Assembly: GCA_965197465.1 (NCBI GenBank)
Contig: OZ240209.1
Span: 5,078,477-5,142,476, forward strand
Length of the DNA stretch: 64,000 nucleotides
Reading direction: 5' to 3'
DNA from: Candidatus Poribacteria bacterium
GTDB taxonomy: Bacteria; Poribacteria; WGA-4E; JAJDTR01
In this document: positions 50,023 through 61,200 of the stretch, in pieces
Numbering within the stretch: the first letter of the stretch is position 1
Layout: the number at the start of each line of letters is the position of its first letter
Program-made: the position numbers and the translations under genes
Notes under the pieces: model-generated
What the model was told of the DNA's origin: nothing
Databases searched by the model: none
What the model saw: only the letters and a program-made list of their open reading frames with translations

Positions 50023-51225
50023 TTATGGTCTTGTCGGGCTGCCGTCGGGCAGTCGGGTCTGTGTCCAGCCTACTACCTCGTCGGTGCAGGGGTATTTTGC
50101 GGCTAACTCCTCGTTGACATCGATCCCCAAGCCGGGTTGGTCGTTGGGGTACATGTATCCGCCGCGAACTTCGGGGGTGCCGGGGAAAACCTCGTACACA
50201 GCTTCGGAGAAACGGCACCATTCCTGGATGCCGAAATTCGGCGCCCAGAGATCGAGGTGCAGGTTGGCGGCGTGTCCCACGGGCGAGGTGTCGCCGGGGC
50301 CGTGCCACGCGGTTCGGATGCCGTACATGTTGGCGAACGCGGCGACGTTGCGGGCAGGGGTTATTCCTCCCATCTGGCTGACGTGCATGCGGAGGAAATC
50401 GATCAGCTTGTCGGCAATCAGGGGCTGCCACTCGCGCGGGCTATTGAAGAGTTCACCCATGGCGATTGGCGTGCTGCATTGCTGTCGGATATGGTGGAAC
50501 CATTCCAAATCTTCCGGCGCCAAGGGATCTTCCAAGAAGAACAGCTTGAAACGCTCGACATCTTTGGCGAATTGGACGGCGTCAATGGGTATCAAGCGCT
50601 CATGGATGTCGTGCAGGAGTTCAATCTCGTCGCCGACTTTGGAGCGTACGTGTTCCATCATTCGCAGCATATCGCGCATGTACGCCTTGGGATCGAAGTA
50701 CGCCCCCGGCGGAGCGCCCTCGGGTTTGACGAGCTTTTCGGCTTGACCGCCGTAGCCGCCCATCTGGATGCGTATGTAGCGGTAACCTTGCGCTATGTAC
50801 TTTCGGACGCTGTCTTCGACTTCGTGCTCATCTCTTCCGTCGGCGTGGCCGTAGACCGCCGCCCCCTCGCGGCATTTCCCGCCCAAGAGCTGGTAGAGCG
50901 GCATGTCGGCTTGCTTGCCTTTGATGTCCCAGAGGGCTTGGTCTGCGCCGGAGATGGCGTTGTTTAGGACGGGTCCGTTGCGCCAATAGCCGTTGACCAT
51001 CCCCATCTGCCAGATTTCCTCAATGCGGGAAACGTCTCGTCCAATCAGAAAGGGTTTGAGGTGTTTTTCGATTGCGGCGTGGACGGCGTGAAAGCGTTGC
51101 GTGAAGGTGGCGCAGCCGAGACCGTATAGCCCTGGCTGCGATGTGATGATTTTCACGATGATTAATCGTGAGCCTTCGGGTTGAGTCAGGATTGTTTGGA
51201 CGTCTTTGATGGTTGTGGTAGCCAT
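50023..51225 (-). CDS. Enolase-superfamily dehydratase (mannonate/galactonate dehydratase, MR/MLE-like)
   Basis: 400 aa. ..IIVKIITSQPGLYGLGCATFTQR.. N-terminal capping domain, with acidic metal-ligand blocks (..LHDIHERL.., ..FLEDP..). Confidence 0.65.
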   Translation of the reverse strand: MATTTIKDVQTILTQPEGSRLIIVKIITSQPGLYGLGCATFTQRFHAVHAAIEKHLKPFLIGRDVSRIEEIWQMGMVNGYWRNGPVLNNAISGADQALWDIKGKQADMPLYQLLGGKCREGAAVYGHADGRDEHEVEDSVRKYIAQGYRYIRIQMGGYGGQAEKLVKPEGAPPGAYFDPKAYMRDMLRMMEHVRSKVGDEIELLHDIHERLIPIDAVQFAKDVERFKLFFLEDPLAPEDLEWFHHIRQQCSTPIAMGELFNSPREWQPLIADKLIDFLRMHVSQMGGITPARNVAAFANMYGIRTAWHGPGDTSPVGHAANLHLDLWAPNFGIQEWCRFSEAVYEVFPGTPEVRGGYMYPNDQPGLGIDVNEELAAKYPCTDEVVGWTQTRLPDGSPTRP

Positions 51226-51694
51226 TTTGGGTTTCCTGTAGGATTATGTAAAATTGATTCTCTACGGATAATCTATTTCGCGGTTGATATAGACGCGCAC
51301 GAGTTATCATGGAACGGCACAGGGGCCGTCCCCTACAGCGGTTTTGGTCGCGATTCGGAGAAGATCTCTATCGCCCTCCCTGTTCGGTCGGTTGATCGTT
51401 AGCCATTTTGGATCCCCTGAACGGTTATGAAAGATTGATTCTATACCGATAATCTAGAGTTGGGTGTAACAAGCCATTATAACACATTCGAGAATGGGTG
51501 TATACAGTTCGGTGTCGAGTTTTGGAGGGAATGTCTGAATCACGGATTAGGAGATTGTACGCGGGCACAGAGGGCAGGGGAGCCGACGAGAGGAAGTCGG
51601 GATTCGGTGATCGCAGATTGCATCCTAAAGGAATGTGCAAGAAAGTAACCGAGTTTTGAGGAAAAAACTCGGCTTCGTCACGGTCGGGAGATTG

Positions 51695-52498
51695 CTACAA
51701 CTTTCTGGGGCAGCCACCGTCAACGTTTAGCATTTCGCCGGTGATGAATTGAGAATCGTCTGACACCAAGAACAGCATCGCGTTGGCGATATCATCGGGT
51801 TGACCGGGGCCATCCAGAATCTGCGTCATGTCAAAGAGTGCTTTGAACCAGTGGTCGCCCTGATCGTTCGTCGCACCGGGAGTATTGACCTGGCCAGGGC
51901 GTATACCATTAACCCTGATGTGGTGCCGTCCACCTATGCCCGCGGTGTAGCGGGTAAAGGCGTCCACGCCGGCCTTGGCGGCGTAATAGGAGGAGGAGGC
52001 AATACCCCCACCGATGACATCTAGCATGTTCTTGTTGAAACCGGCTGTTGCCGCCAACGATGAGATGTTGACGATGGCGCCGCCTCCGGCGGCTATCATG
52101 TGGGGCCACACCGCTCTGGACATGTAGAACGTGCCGTAGAGATTCCTTTGAATCACGGCATCAAAATTGTCATCGTCTTCGTTCGGAAAGTTCTGGCCGC
52201 TGCCGCCACCGGCGTTGTTCGCGAGGATATTGACAGTTCCGTAGGTTGCGACCACCTTTGCCACCGCCGTATCAACCGCGCTACTGTCCGAAACGTCGCA
52301 GGCGATAAACGTGGCTTCTCCGCCATCGCTCTGAATTGCGTCCTGCACGGCTCGACCTTGTGGCTCTCGGCGTGCCATGAGAGCAACCTTTGCGCCTTCT
52401 TTCGCAAACAGATGGGCGGCGGCTTCGCCGATGCCGGAGTTTCCGCCGGTTACGATTGCGACTCGTCCTTCCAGTTTCTTTGCCATTATTGCCTCCAT
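51695..52498 (-). CDS. SDR family oxidoreductase
   Basis: TGGNSGIG cofactor motif. ..NNAG.. and a YxxxK arrangement. Confidence 0.8.
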   Translation of the reverse strand: MEAIMAKKLEGRVAIVTGGNSGIGEAAAHLFAKEGAKVALMARREPQGRAVQDAIQSDGGEATFIACDVSDSSAVDTAVAKVVATYGTVNILANNAGGGSGQNFPNEDDDNFDAVIQRNLYGTFYMSRAVWPHMIAAGGGAIVNISSLAATAGFNKNMLDVIGGGIASSSYYAAKAGVDAFTRYTAGIGGRHHIRVNGIRPGQVNTPGATNDQGDHWFKALFDMTQILDGPGQPDDIANAMLFLVSDDSQFITGEMLNVDGGCPRKL

Positions 52499-53327
52499 TC
52501 GGCTAGATATTCCTTAAGAGTGTACGATAGCGAAATCCGACATCTGCGAGTTTCTGTTTGGGTTGTGGAATCGTTGCCTCCTTTTTTTAAGGGTGAGAAC
52601 ATCAAACGTACTATCCTAACAATCTCTATTATAGCAAAATTGCAGAAGCAGTTAAACAGAAACCATATCTCCAAGAACTCACATCTTGCTCTCGTTTTGG
52701 GACTCTGATTCCCGGAGGTAAGTCCTTGATGTTATACCCGCACGGTGATACAGCCATAGCCCTGAGGTCGCACGAAGGCGGGGTCGGGTGTATTTTTCTG
52801 TTTCTGGCGATTTTTGGTTACTTTCCCTGTTTGCCTATGATAAAATGGCACTGCAGAGGGAGAACCGCGAATCGTAACTGTTTACAACCTGTTTGGCTAA
52901 TGGGAAGGAAATCCATTTTCGGTCATTTGAGTTCCTATGCACCGTGGAGATCTCTATCGCGCTGGGGCTTTTGATGTTCGTGTAAAGAGAAGGGGAAAAA
53001 TCGGTGATTTAGTGATTGCAAAGAAGATTCCTCCAGCTCTAGAATCAGGTGCGATTGCCCTGATGAGACAACCTTTTATCACTGCTATCAAGTAACACTC
53101 GACATTGCGCTCCGCTGGAGCGCGGGAATTTGGATCTATCGTATTCTATCAACATATCAATCCTCTGGATCGAAAACCTGAACTCCATGTAGTAATAAGT
53201 GTTACTTGCTGAAAGAATCATTCCGACAGGAATGGTGGGGTGCTATAAACTGAGCTAAACAGTTGCCAGAATTTTTATTATTGCGAAAGCTGAGGCAGCA
53301 ACACCACCAAAACCATGGAGGTAACCG

Positions 53328-55025
53328 ATGCACGATTTAGTCATTCGCAATGGAACTATCATCGATGGCACCGGAAAGCCGGGCGTCAAGGGCGATGTCG
53401 CCATTGATGGTGAACGTATTACGACTGTTGGCAGGGTGACCGAACCGGGATACAAGACGATTGAGGCTAAAGATCGTCTGGTAACACCAGGGTTCGTTGA
53501 TACACACACGCATATGGACGGTCAGTTCATGTGGGATCCGCTGGGTACACCCGCCTGTTGGCACGGCATCACGACGCTAGTTTTGGGCAGTTGTGGTGTT
53601 AGTTTTGCGCCTGTTAAAAAAACAGATCACATGATGCTCGCGAAAGTGCTGGAAAGCGTCGAGGGTATTCCTGCAGAGAGTATCATGGCGAGCTTGCTTT
53701 GGAATTGGGAAACGTTCGGCGAATATTATGATGCGCTTGATGCCTGCCCGAAGGGCGTGAATGTCTGTGGCATGATTGGGCACGTTGCCACACGTCACTA
53801 CGCTCTGGGCGAAGAAAGTGTCGACAAAGACAGACAACCCACTCCCGACGAACTGAAGACGATGGGACATCTTGTCGATGAGGCGATGGAAGCGGGCGCA
53901 CTCGGCTTCTCGACTTCTCGAACCTTGAGCCACAGAACTTCAACAGGTGTTCCGATTCCCGGAACATTCGCACATCTTGAGGAATTGGTCGCTATGGCGC
54001 AAGCAGTTGGTCGACACAACAAGGGGGTTTTCCAATGGGCGCCTGGTTTCGGGGAATATGAAAATTACCCCACGGAGGACTATCCGGAAGCGCGGAAGGA
54101 GATCCACCGTATCGCCGAAGTCAATCGGCAGAGCGGGCGTCCAGTAATCTTCAGTGCGTTCACACATAAGTCCGTACCAACGATTCAAACCCTATATCTG
54201 GGTTGGCTCGATGAAGAACGAGCGGCCGGCGCGGACGCGCGACCAATGGTTTCTTCACGTGTCAATACGGTGATGGTCGGGCTTTGCAACTGGATGCCGA
54301 ATGTTCGGGATTCTGCCGGCTGGAGAGATTTGTACAACCGTCCATATCCGGAGCGCCTAACGGCGATTCAGGATGAAGCGACTCGGCGACAACTGCTGGA
54401 TGTTCCGGCAGACAGCGATGAACGTCTGGGTAAACTGTTGTACATATTCGGCCCTGAAGAGTGTTCATATGTTCCCACGCCGGAAAACCTATTAGCCAAC
54501 GTTGCAGCAGCAAATGGCGAACGTCCGGTAGAAACAATCGTTCGACTTCTCTGCGAAACCGATGGGCGTCAACTTTTCAACTACGCGACCAATAATCACA
54601 ACATCGGCCATGTCGAGGAGGTGTTGACTTACCGCGACACAATTCTCGGTTTGGGAGATGCGGGCGCTCATGTGAACGCTATCTGCGACGCTTCACTGAC
54701 AACGCATGCCTTGACGCATTGGCACAAAGAGCGGAATGTCTTCAGTCTTGAAGAAACGATACGACGACTAACTTCCGACGGTGCCGAGGCGTTTCAGATT
54801 CCGCAACGTGGCGTGTTGAAGCCTGGTTACTACGCTGATGTTAACGTCATCGACTTCGACAATCTCCGCATGGAAGTTCCTGAGTTCGTTTTTGACTTGC
54901 CAGTCGGAGCGGGGCGCTGGACGCAACGGGCGCAGGGTTACGACTACACCATTGTTAACGGTCAGATTGTTATTGAGAATGATTGCCATGCTGGACGTCT
55001 CGTTGGAGACCTTATCAGAATTTAA
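53328..55025 (+). CDS. Amidohydrolase, N-acyl-D-amino-acid deacylase (D-aminoacylase) family
   Basis: 565 aa. N-terminal ..LVIRNGTIIDGTG..PGFVDTHTHMDG.. is typical of D-aminoacylases. Confidence 0.7.
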   Translation: MHDLVIRNGTIIDGTGKPGVKGDVAIDGERITTVGRVTEPGYKTIEAKDRLVTPGFVDTHTHMDGQFMWDPLGTPACWHGITTLVLGSCGVSFAPVKKTDHMMLAKVLESVEGIPAESIMASLLWNWETFGEYYDALDACPKGVNVCGMIGHVATRHYALGEESVDKDRQPTPDELKTMGHLVDEAMEAGALGFSTSRTLSHRTSTGVPIPGTFAHLEELVAMAQAVGRHNKGVFQWAPGFGEYENYPTEDYPEARKEIHRIAEVNRQSGRPVIFSAFTHKSVPTIQTLYLGWLDEERAAGADARPMVSSRVNTVMVGLCNWMPNVRDSAGWRDLYNRPYPERLTAIQDEATRRQLLDVPADSDERLGKLLYIFGPEECSYVPTPENLLANVAAANGERPVETIVRLLCETDGRQLFNYATNNHNIGHVEEVLTYRDTILGLGDAGAHVNAICDASLTTHALTHWHKERNVFSLEETIRRLTSDGAEAFQIPQRGVLKPGYYADVNVIDFDNLRMEVPEFVFDLPVGAGRWTQRAQGYDYTIVNGQIVIENDCHAGRLVGDLIRI

Positions 55026-55829
55026 CGCTGTCACGGCTTCAGAAAGGAGCTCCACTTATGACTAAAGAGGCACAAACACCGACCTCAGACGATCCAAAGA
55101 GCGAACGGTTCAGAGCGTATATTCGTGAGCGACAACTCGAAATGCTCTCTGAAGAATTGTGGGATGAGTTTTTATGGGGAGAGTTGGGAGCGGCCAGACG
55201 CGATTTCGACACAGAGGAATGGGGCAAAAACCAAGAACAAGCGAGCAAAGTGCCGTCACAGTGACTTGGTTCTTTCCAGGCGCCTCACGCGCACTTCGAT
55301 CTCCGCGTCTTTGCGTTGAATAAGCATCCGCGGGAAGGTTGTCATGGAAATGTTTTTCCCCGTTGACGCCATGGAGTTCCCACGTTTTTCCGGCATTCGC
55401 ACCTTCATTAGGAAAAATAGGATTGGAAGGCTGGAAGAGTGGAAGATTCCCTTCCATGCCACTCTCAATCCTCTGGAGCGAGAGAATGGAAGCGGAATAG
55501 TTGGGTTTCACTGGGATTTCTATCACGCTGGGATCACTATCGTACTCGTTGTACACTCAGTTGCTCGCACGCTGGGCTTTTGATGTTCGTGCAAAGAGGA
55601 GCGGGCAAATCGGGGATTTGATGATTGTCGATTGAACAAGACATCGCGACCGGGAGATCGCTCCTACAAGGACCTACACTTGGAGGCCCCCATCTTTAAT
55701 TTGATGAGGGATTTCTATCGCGGTAGGATCTCTATCGTACTCCTTGTTCAGTCGCTTGATCTTCCTGGATTGCGCTAGAAGCTGTATTAGTCAACGAGAT
55801 GGTTTACACGTCGTACTGCTTCCGCGGAT

Positions 55830-56849
55830 TCAGCGTAGTCTAAGCTCGTACTTGTAGTCTTTCGCGATCCCCAGCTTCGGCGGGCCGGGCTGCTCTTTTG
55901 CCTTGTAGCGGTAATCGGGATCAGCGTTTTCCTTGGGGCTAACGATGTTGCGCAACACGCCGATGCCTTCGACCTCAAGCTCAACTACGTCTCCCGGCTG
56001 GAGGAAGCGAGCATTTTCGTTGCCCTTGAGAATCGCTTCCCCAATTGAGCCGCCCCCAACAGTGCCACTTCCCAACACGTCCCCCGGGGCGATGCGGCTA
56101 TCCTTAGACGCGCGCTCTACAAACGATCCCCACGTGTGATACGAGACGCCGCCCTTACTTTCTCGCAACCAGACCTCGCCATTGACCGTGGCGGTACAAT
56201 TCACGTGTAGTCTGCCGTCACGGAGGTATGGCGCCATTTCATCTGTCGTGACTAGCCACGGGCCGAGGGACGATGCCGAGTCCTTGCCCTTGGCGGGGCC
56301 AAGACCAACGGCCATCTCATCACGCTGGAGATCGCGGCAACTCCAGTCGTTGAAGATGCAGAAGCCGGAGATGTATGACAACGCATCCGCCTCCGAGATG
56401 TTGCTTCCTTCACGACCGATAACACATCCGAGCTCAAGCTCGTAGTCAAGTAGCTCGGATGCCGACGGATATGGAATGTGGTCATCAGGTCCGAAGATAC
56501 GGAGCGGGTTGGAAAAGTAAAAGACTGGCATGCGGTACCATGCCTCTGCACACTTCCTGGTACCCTGACCTGTGGTGTGTTCCTCAAAACTCATGAAGTC
56601 GCGCACGGTGGGCGGCTGCAGGATGGGGGCGCGCAGCCGAACGTCGCCCAGAGGCACGCGCGGCGCGGCGGTGTTCTCCGCCAGTGCGTCGCCCACTCGG
56701 TCTATTGGCGAGTCTCCAAGCTCAAGCAGCGCGCGGACATCCCGCAAGGTTCGATCAACGCCGAGCAACGCAGTCACATCGACTGCGCAGTCGTCCTGAA
56801 GGACACCACAACGCGGTCCGGTTCCTGTGTCATATGTCAGCAGTTTCAT
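55830..56849 (-). CDS. Fumarylacetoacetate hydrolase (FAH) family protein
   Basis: 339 aa with an FAH-fold C-terminal domain (..ELELGCVIG.., ..GDVVELEVEGIG..). Confidence 0.65.
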   Translation of the reverse strand: MKLLTYDTGTGPRCGVLQDDCAVDVTALLGVDRTLRDVRALLELGDSPIDRVGDALAENTAAPRVPLGDVRLRAPILQPPTVRDFMSFEEHTTGQGTRKCAEAWYRMPVFYFSNPLRIFGPDDHIPYPSASELLDYELELGCVIGREGSNISEADALSYISGFCIFNDWSCRDLQRDEMAVGLGPAKGKDSASSLGPWLVTTDEMAPYLRDGRLHVNCTATVNGEVWLRESKGGVSYHTWGSFVERASKDSRIAPGDVLGSGTVGGGSIGEAILKGNENARFLQPGDVVELEVEGIGVLRNIVSPKENADPDYRYKAKEQPGPPKLGIAKDYKYELRLR

Positions 56850-57231
56850 CTATTCTCACTCCTCCTTTTCACGGGCGAGATGATTCTTATACCATTTCCC
56901 TATATTTACAGTGCATAAATGGCGTCAATCAAGTCTCTCTAATGCGGGGCAAGAAGATTTCTATTGCGCACGCGGGTCGGGCTGGATGAAGATTAAGTAT
57001 TTAAATCGGTAATTTCAGTTTTCCTTAAACTCGGTAGGTGCGGTTTCTAACCGCACCGAGCATCGTTAGAACATTACCGACTTATTTTTTAAACTTCATG
57101 AAGCCCGACCTACCGAAAATGGGTAGTAACCGTGGTCGCGACCAGGAGGGAATCTCTATAAGAACTCTATCGCACAGGATTTTCTATCGCGGTCACTATC
57201 CGTTCCCTTGATCGCCCCTATAAGGATTATG

Positions 57232-59187
57232 TCAATCCGTTTGGGTAAACTCGGATATGGCGCTGGGGTTGAGGCCGGCGCGGACAAGCGCGTCCCAACT
57301 ATGAACCGGCGAGGTTTTGAGTGTCGTTAGGAGGTGCTCCCGCAGGTCGCGGATAAGCGGCGGTGTCGACTCTCCCTGCGGCTGCAAGTTGGCGAGGCGG
57401 GTTAACGCATCGGAAGCGAATCCGACGCATACAGTGTTCCGATCGTCTTGCACGACGGCTTTCAGCGCATGTATCGTCGGCTCGAGTGCATCGCCCATGA
57501 TTGCGGCACCATGTGAGCAGAGCATGACGATAGACCACAGGACGTTTTCGCGCACCGCCGAACGCACCGGCTCAAAACGCTCGTAATCGTCCTGTATCGG
57601 TCCGCCCTCACACACATCGCACTCTTCCGTCGGACGTGCAAACTTGATGCCCCGGTTTTGCGCCCGGTTCACACACAGCCGATTCGCCTCGCGCTCCAAA
57701 CTCGCCGCCAGCGCCTCAAGGCAGGCGGGAATCAGTGATGTGCCGACGCCCGCGGCGATGGCGCGCCGCCCCAAACACCCCAAACTTCCGGCGGCAACGG
57801 AACGCACATAGACCGACGGGTCATCCTCCAGACGGGTTACAACGGCTTTCAAAACCTCATGGTTGAGCGGGCTGACATCGCCCAGACCGAATACGCCCGC
57901 CTTGCGGACCCATTTGAGCGGCGAGGTTGCCGCCTCAAGAAAGACGCCGGTCGCGTCCCGTCCAACGGCAACCAGTCCATAGGTAGCGGCTCGCCGTACG
58001 CTCTCCCGTTCGTCGTACAAGGCATCGGCAAGCAGCCTTAACGCCAATTCGTTGTCACCGATGGAGGCAAGTCTATAGGCTGCGCCGATTCGTGCGGGCT
58101 CCGCTTGGTCGTGTTTCGCGTAAAGCTGCTCCGATAGTCCTGCAGCCTCTTTTTCCCGTTTTTCAGCCGCCAAGGTAGCAGCATCCGATCGCGGCGGAGG
58201 CAGTTGACCGGTGTGCATCCAGTGATAGTGATGCCGCCAGACCGCAGTCAGGTCGTCGCCGGCTTGGATCAGATCGGTGCGGGTCAGCGGGTCTATGCCC
58301 AGCCCGTTCCAATCAATTTCGGGCGGCGATCCGTTCCCGCGGTAATCGGCAGGCTCGGTCGTGCGGTACAGCCAAAACCGCCACATGAAGCGCGGGCGAA
58401 CGTTCCACGTACGCCAGTCGTCGCGCCTGTGATTCGCTCGATGGAAGATGTTGTGAGAACACAGGATGACGCTGCCGGCGCGCAGCGGTGCCACCTCAAA
58501 CTGGCGCACAAGCGGCCAATTCAAATCGGAGACCGCCTTTTTCATCCGGATGTCATGCGCCGTACGGCGGTGGATGATGTCGTCTTCGTCGTATGGGGAG
58601 TCGGGTCCAGTGACAGATTGATTTTTCATGTTCTCAATCATGTAGTTGAAATCAATATGGTCCGACCCTGCGAAATTGTCCTGATTCTCTTCGTGATTGA
58701 GCGTCCAGTAGTGAGAATAGGGCGCGATCGCCGTCGGTCCCATGTCATCGGCGACCGCCTGCGGATAGTACAGTATCTCGATCTGCACGGCGTGGTGGTG
58801 ACGCTGTTTTCTGCCGTTCGCGGGGCTGTTGTCGTCCTTGTGCCAAATCTGATCTTTGCCGTTGCTGGCGAGGGGCACGGCGGTAAACGGAACGATTGCC
58901 CAGTTCTTGCCCACGAGTCGGTTGCACGCGGCGACGACGCCGGGCGCGTTGAGTATCTCTAGCACCTCCGGGACTTGAGAAAGCAGAGCACGTTGCGGGG
59001 GTTCGGTCGCACGCTTTTGGCGCTTATAGATGCGGTCGTGAGTATTGAGGGGAATCCCCAGGTCCTCCGGCGCGAGGACAACCAGCCCTCGGCAGGCGAA
59101 GTCTTGGATGAGTCGGTCGGTCGGGGTGTATATCAGTGGATTCGAGTCGGGGGAATCAGAAGCGACCGGTGTTCTGTCGTCGGTCAA
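57232..59187 (-). CDS. Phytanoyl-CoA dioxygenase-like domain fused to C-terminal HEAT/PBS-lyase repeats
   Basis: The N-terminal ~330 aa is PhyH-like. The C-terminal ~300 aa has repeated ..VRRAATYGLVAVG.. / ..VYVRSVAAGSLGCLG.. HEAT-like units. Confidence 0.5.
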   Translation of the reverse strand: MTDDRTPVASDSPDSNPLIYTPTDRLIQDFACRGLVVLAPEDLGIPLNTHDRIYKRQKRATEPPQRALLSQVPEVLEILNAPGVVAACNRLVGKNWAIVPFTAVPLASNGKDQIWHKDDNSPANGRKQRHHHAVQIEILYYPQAVADDMGPTAIAPYSHYWTLNHEENQDNFAGSDHIDFNYMIENMKNQSVTGPDSPYDEDDIIHRRTAHDIRMKKAVSDLNWPLVRQFEVAPLRAGSVILCSHNIFHRANHRRDDWRTWNVRPRFMWRFWLYRTTEPADYRGNGSPPEIDWNGLGIDPLTRTDLIQAGDDLTAVWRHHYHWMHTGQLPPPRSDAATLAAEKREKEAAGLSEQLYAKHDQAEPARIGAAYRLASIGDNELALRLLADALYDERESVRRAATYGLVAVGRDATGVFLEAATSPLKWVRKAGVFGLGDVSPLNHEVLKAVVTRLEDDPSVYVRSVAAGSLGCLGRRAIAAGVGTSLIPACLEALAASLEREANRLCVNRAQNRGIKFARPTEECDVCEGGPIQDDYERFEPVRSAVRENVLWSIVMLCSHGAAIMGDALEPTIHALKAVVQDDRNTVCVGFASDALTRLANLQPQGESTPPLIRDLREHLLTTLKTSPVHSWDALVRAGLNPSAISEFTQTD

Positions 59188-59356
59188 TCGGTTTGTCCTC
59201 CGTTTTTGTGCGGGTTACGGCATACGGAGTATGCCTACTACGATTCAGGTTACGGCACGACAGAGCGTGCCTACTACGTTTTTCCGCCTCAGTTGGATTG
59301 AGTTCAGTTGATCCTATTCGGTCGCTTGACCCATTCGTTCTTTGATATCCCTTGAT

Positions 59357-59632
59357 CTATTCCCAGGTAGACTTCAACTTACCCGGGGGCTCCACCGCCC
59401 GCGCAAAACGGGTTCGAACCAAGCTGGCTCGCTGTCCCGTAGCGGGATTGTTTGTCAACCTGGTTTGTTTCCTCCCATCGGTATTCATGACGTAGATTTC
59501 AAAGTGCCAATCCCGATTGGAGTGGAAGACCATCTGCGCTAGTTCGGTCTCTTGCGCCGATGGCTTTATCATTACCACAATACCACTCAATAGCACGAAA
59601 ATCGTTAACATAGTGAATCGGGATTTCCACAT
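59357..59632 (-). pseudogene. TolB-like beta-propeller fragment (single repeat, probably truncated)
   Basis: 91 aa. Signal peptide plus ..VFHSNRDWHFEIYVMNTDGRKQTRLTNNPA.., a single TolB/WD40-like repeat. Confidence 0.4.
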
Positions 59633-60059
59633 GGCGAAAACCTCCGGCGTACGCGTACGCTTCTATTTTGATCCTCGCTCTACACTTTACTGCTCCGCTA
59701 AAAATCGTAATGCTTTTCGCCAGTTGCACAAACACGCCACCACGCAGCGAAAATGATGTAAATTAGGGTTTCATTGTCACGCGATTTGCTTTCAGGTACA
59801 GAAAACCCCAAAAACGGAACAAACAACCCTTGAATCGCATCTGAATGAGGGAACGTTCACGTCTTCATGTGATTGTATGATATACTGTTGGTTACGTCAA
59901 TAGAATGATCGCCAATTCGTAGGGCAGTCGTCTCCGATTTCAAGGTTTCAGTGATTCGCGTGGATTGTCGTGCGACGGAAATCGTATACAATGATATACT
60001 TATACTAATTGTTGATCTATGAGCTACGAATAGGTATAATGATAGTCTGCAACACTTCT

Positions 60060-61200
60060 GCGGCGTTGATTAGAGTCAGCAAATTTAGTGTGTAATCAAT
60101 GAACCACCCCTCCGCACGAGCAAAGGAGGCATCATGCCCGAACAGAACATAGACCCACTCAAGCAGCGGCTTGAACAAGCCGCCACCCTTTCGGAGTACC
60201 GCCGTGTGCAATGCGTCTATCTAAGAGAGAACTACGGTTATTCCTCGCACCAAATCGCTGAAATAACCAGTTATCACCCAGTAAGTGTCCGGAGAATCCA
60301 AAGTGAATATCGTAAAAATGGGATTGCTGCGCTAACACCCAAGTCTAAAGGGGGCAGATATCATCAAAACCTATCTCTTGCTGATGAGCAAGTGTTTGTT
60401 GCCGATTTAGCGACAAAGGCAGAAAGTGGTCAACTCATTGAGATTTCGCAGATTCATCGCGCCTATGAAGAAAAAGTGGGAAGACCGGTAGGAAAATCGA
60501 CAGTTTACGCGCTGTTGCGCCGACATCAATGGCGAAAAGTGGTACCGAGACCCCAACACCCGAAACACGATGAGCAAGCTGTTGATGCTTTTAAAAAAAT
60601 TCCCCACACTCATCGAACAAGCTCAACAGGAAGCCGAGCAAAGCGGCCTGCCTTTGCGAGTCATGCTCCAGGACGAGGCGCGGTTTGGTCGAATCAATGA
60701 ACCGAAACGATGTTGGGCTCCCAAAGGCATTCGTCCTGTGGTTTTGAAACAAACTGTCAGAGAATACACCTATGCATATGGAGCAGTTAGTCCGGTTGAT
60801 GGCGTGTGCGATTTCCTGATTTTGCCTACGATGGACAGTTATTCCATGAACCTTTTCCTTAATGAAGTGTCCCAAAGACACCCCGATGAGTTCATTTTAA
60901 TGATATATGACCAAGCACCAAGCCATAGCAAATCCGCCTTGCAAATTCCGGAGCAGATGATGGTTGAAACGCTGCCTCCCTACTGCCCGCAACTCAATCC
61001 GGTTGAAAATGTCTGGGACGAATTGCGGGAGAAATACTTCCCTAACCTAATCTTTGACGATATGACACACTTAGAAGACAAGTTGATTGAAGGTTTGCTT
61101 TACTTTGAGGCTCAATCAGACATCGTTCAATCCATTACCGGTTTCGACTGGATTGTGTGTAATATTTAGATTTGTAATTGGTATAAGACCTCACGTTGTT
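60060..61200 (+). mobile_element. IS630/Tc1-mariner family insertion sequence (boundaries approximate)
   Basis: Transposase in two ORFs (60134-60700 and 60570-61169), shifted at the ttttaaaaaaatt tract. DDE-type catalytic region (..DEARFG.., ..YDQAPSH.., ..NPVENVWDELRE..). Terminal inverted repeats not confidently identified. Confidence 0.7.
60134..61169 (+). CDS. IS630-family transposase (frameshifted; N-terminal HTH + DDE domain)
   Basis: ORF1 ends ..DAFKKIP.. and ORF2 begins ..KKFPTLIEQAQ... A single extra A in the A7 run would fuse them into one ~345-aa transposase. Confidence 0.7.
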
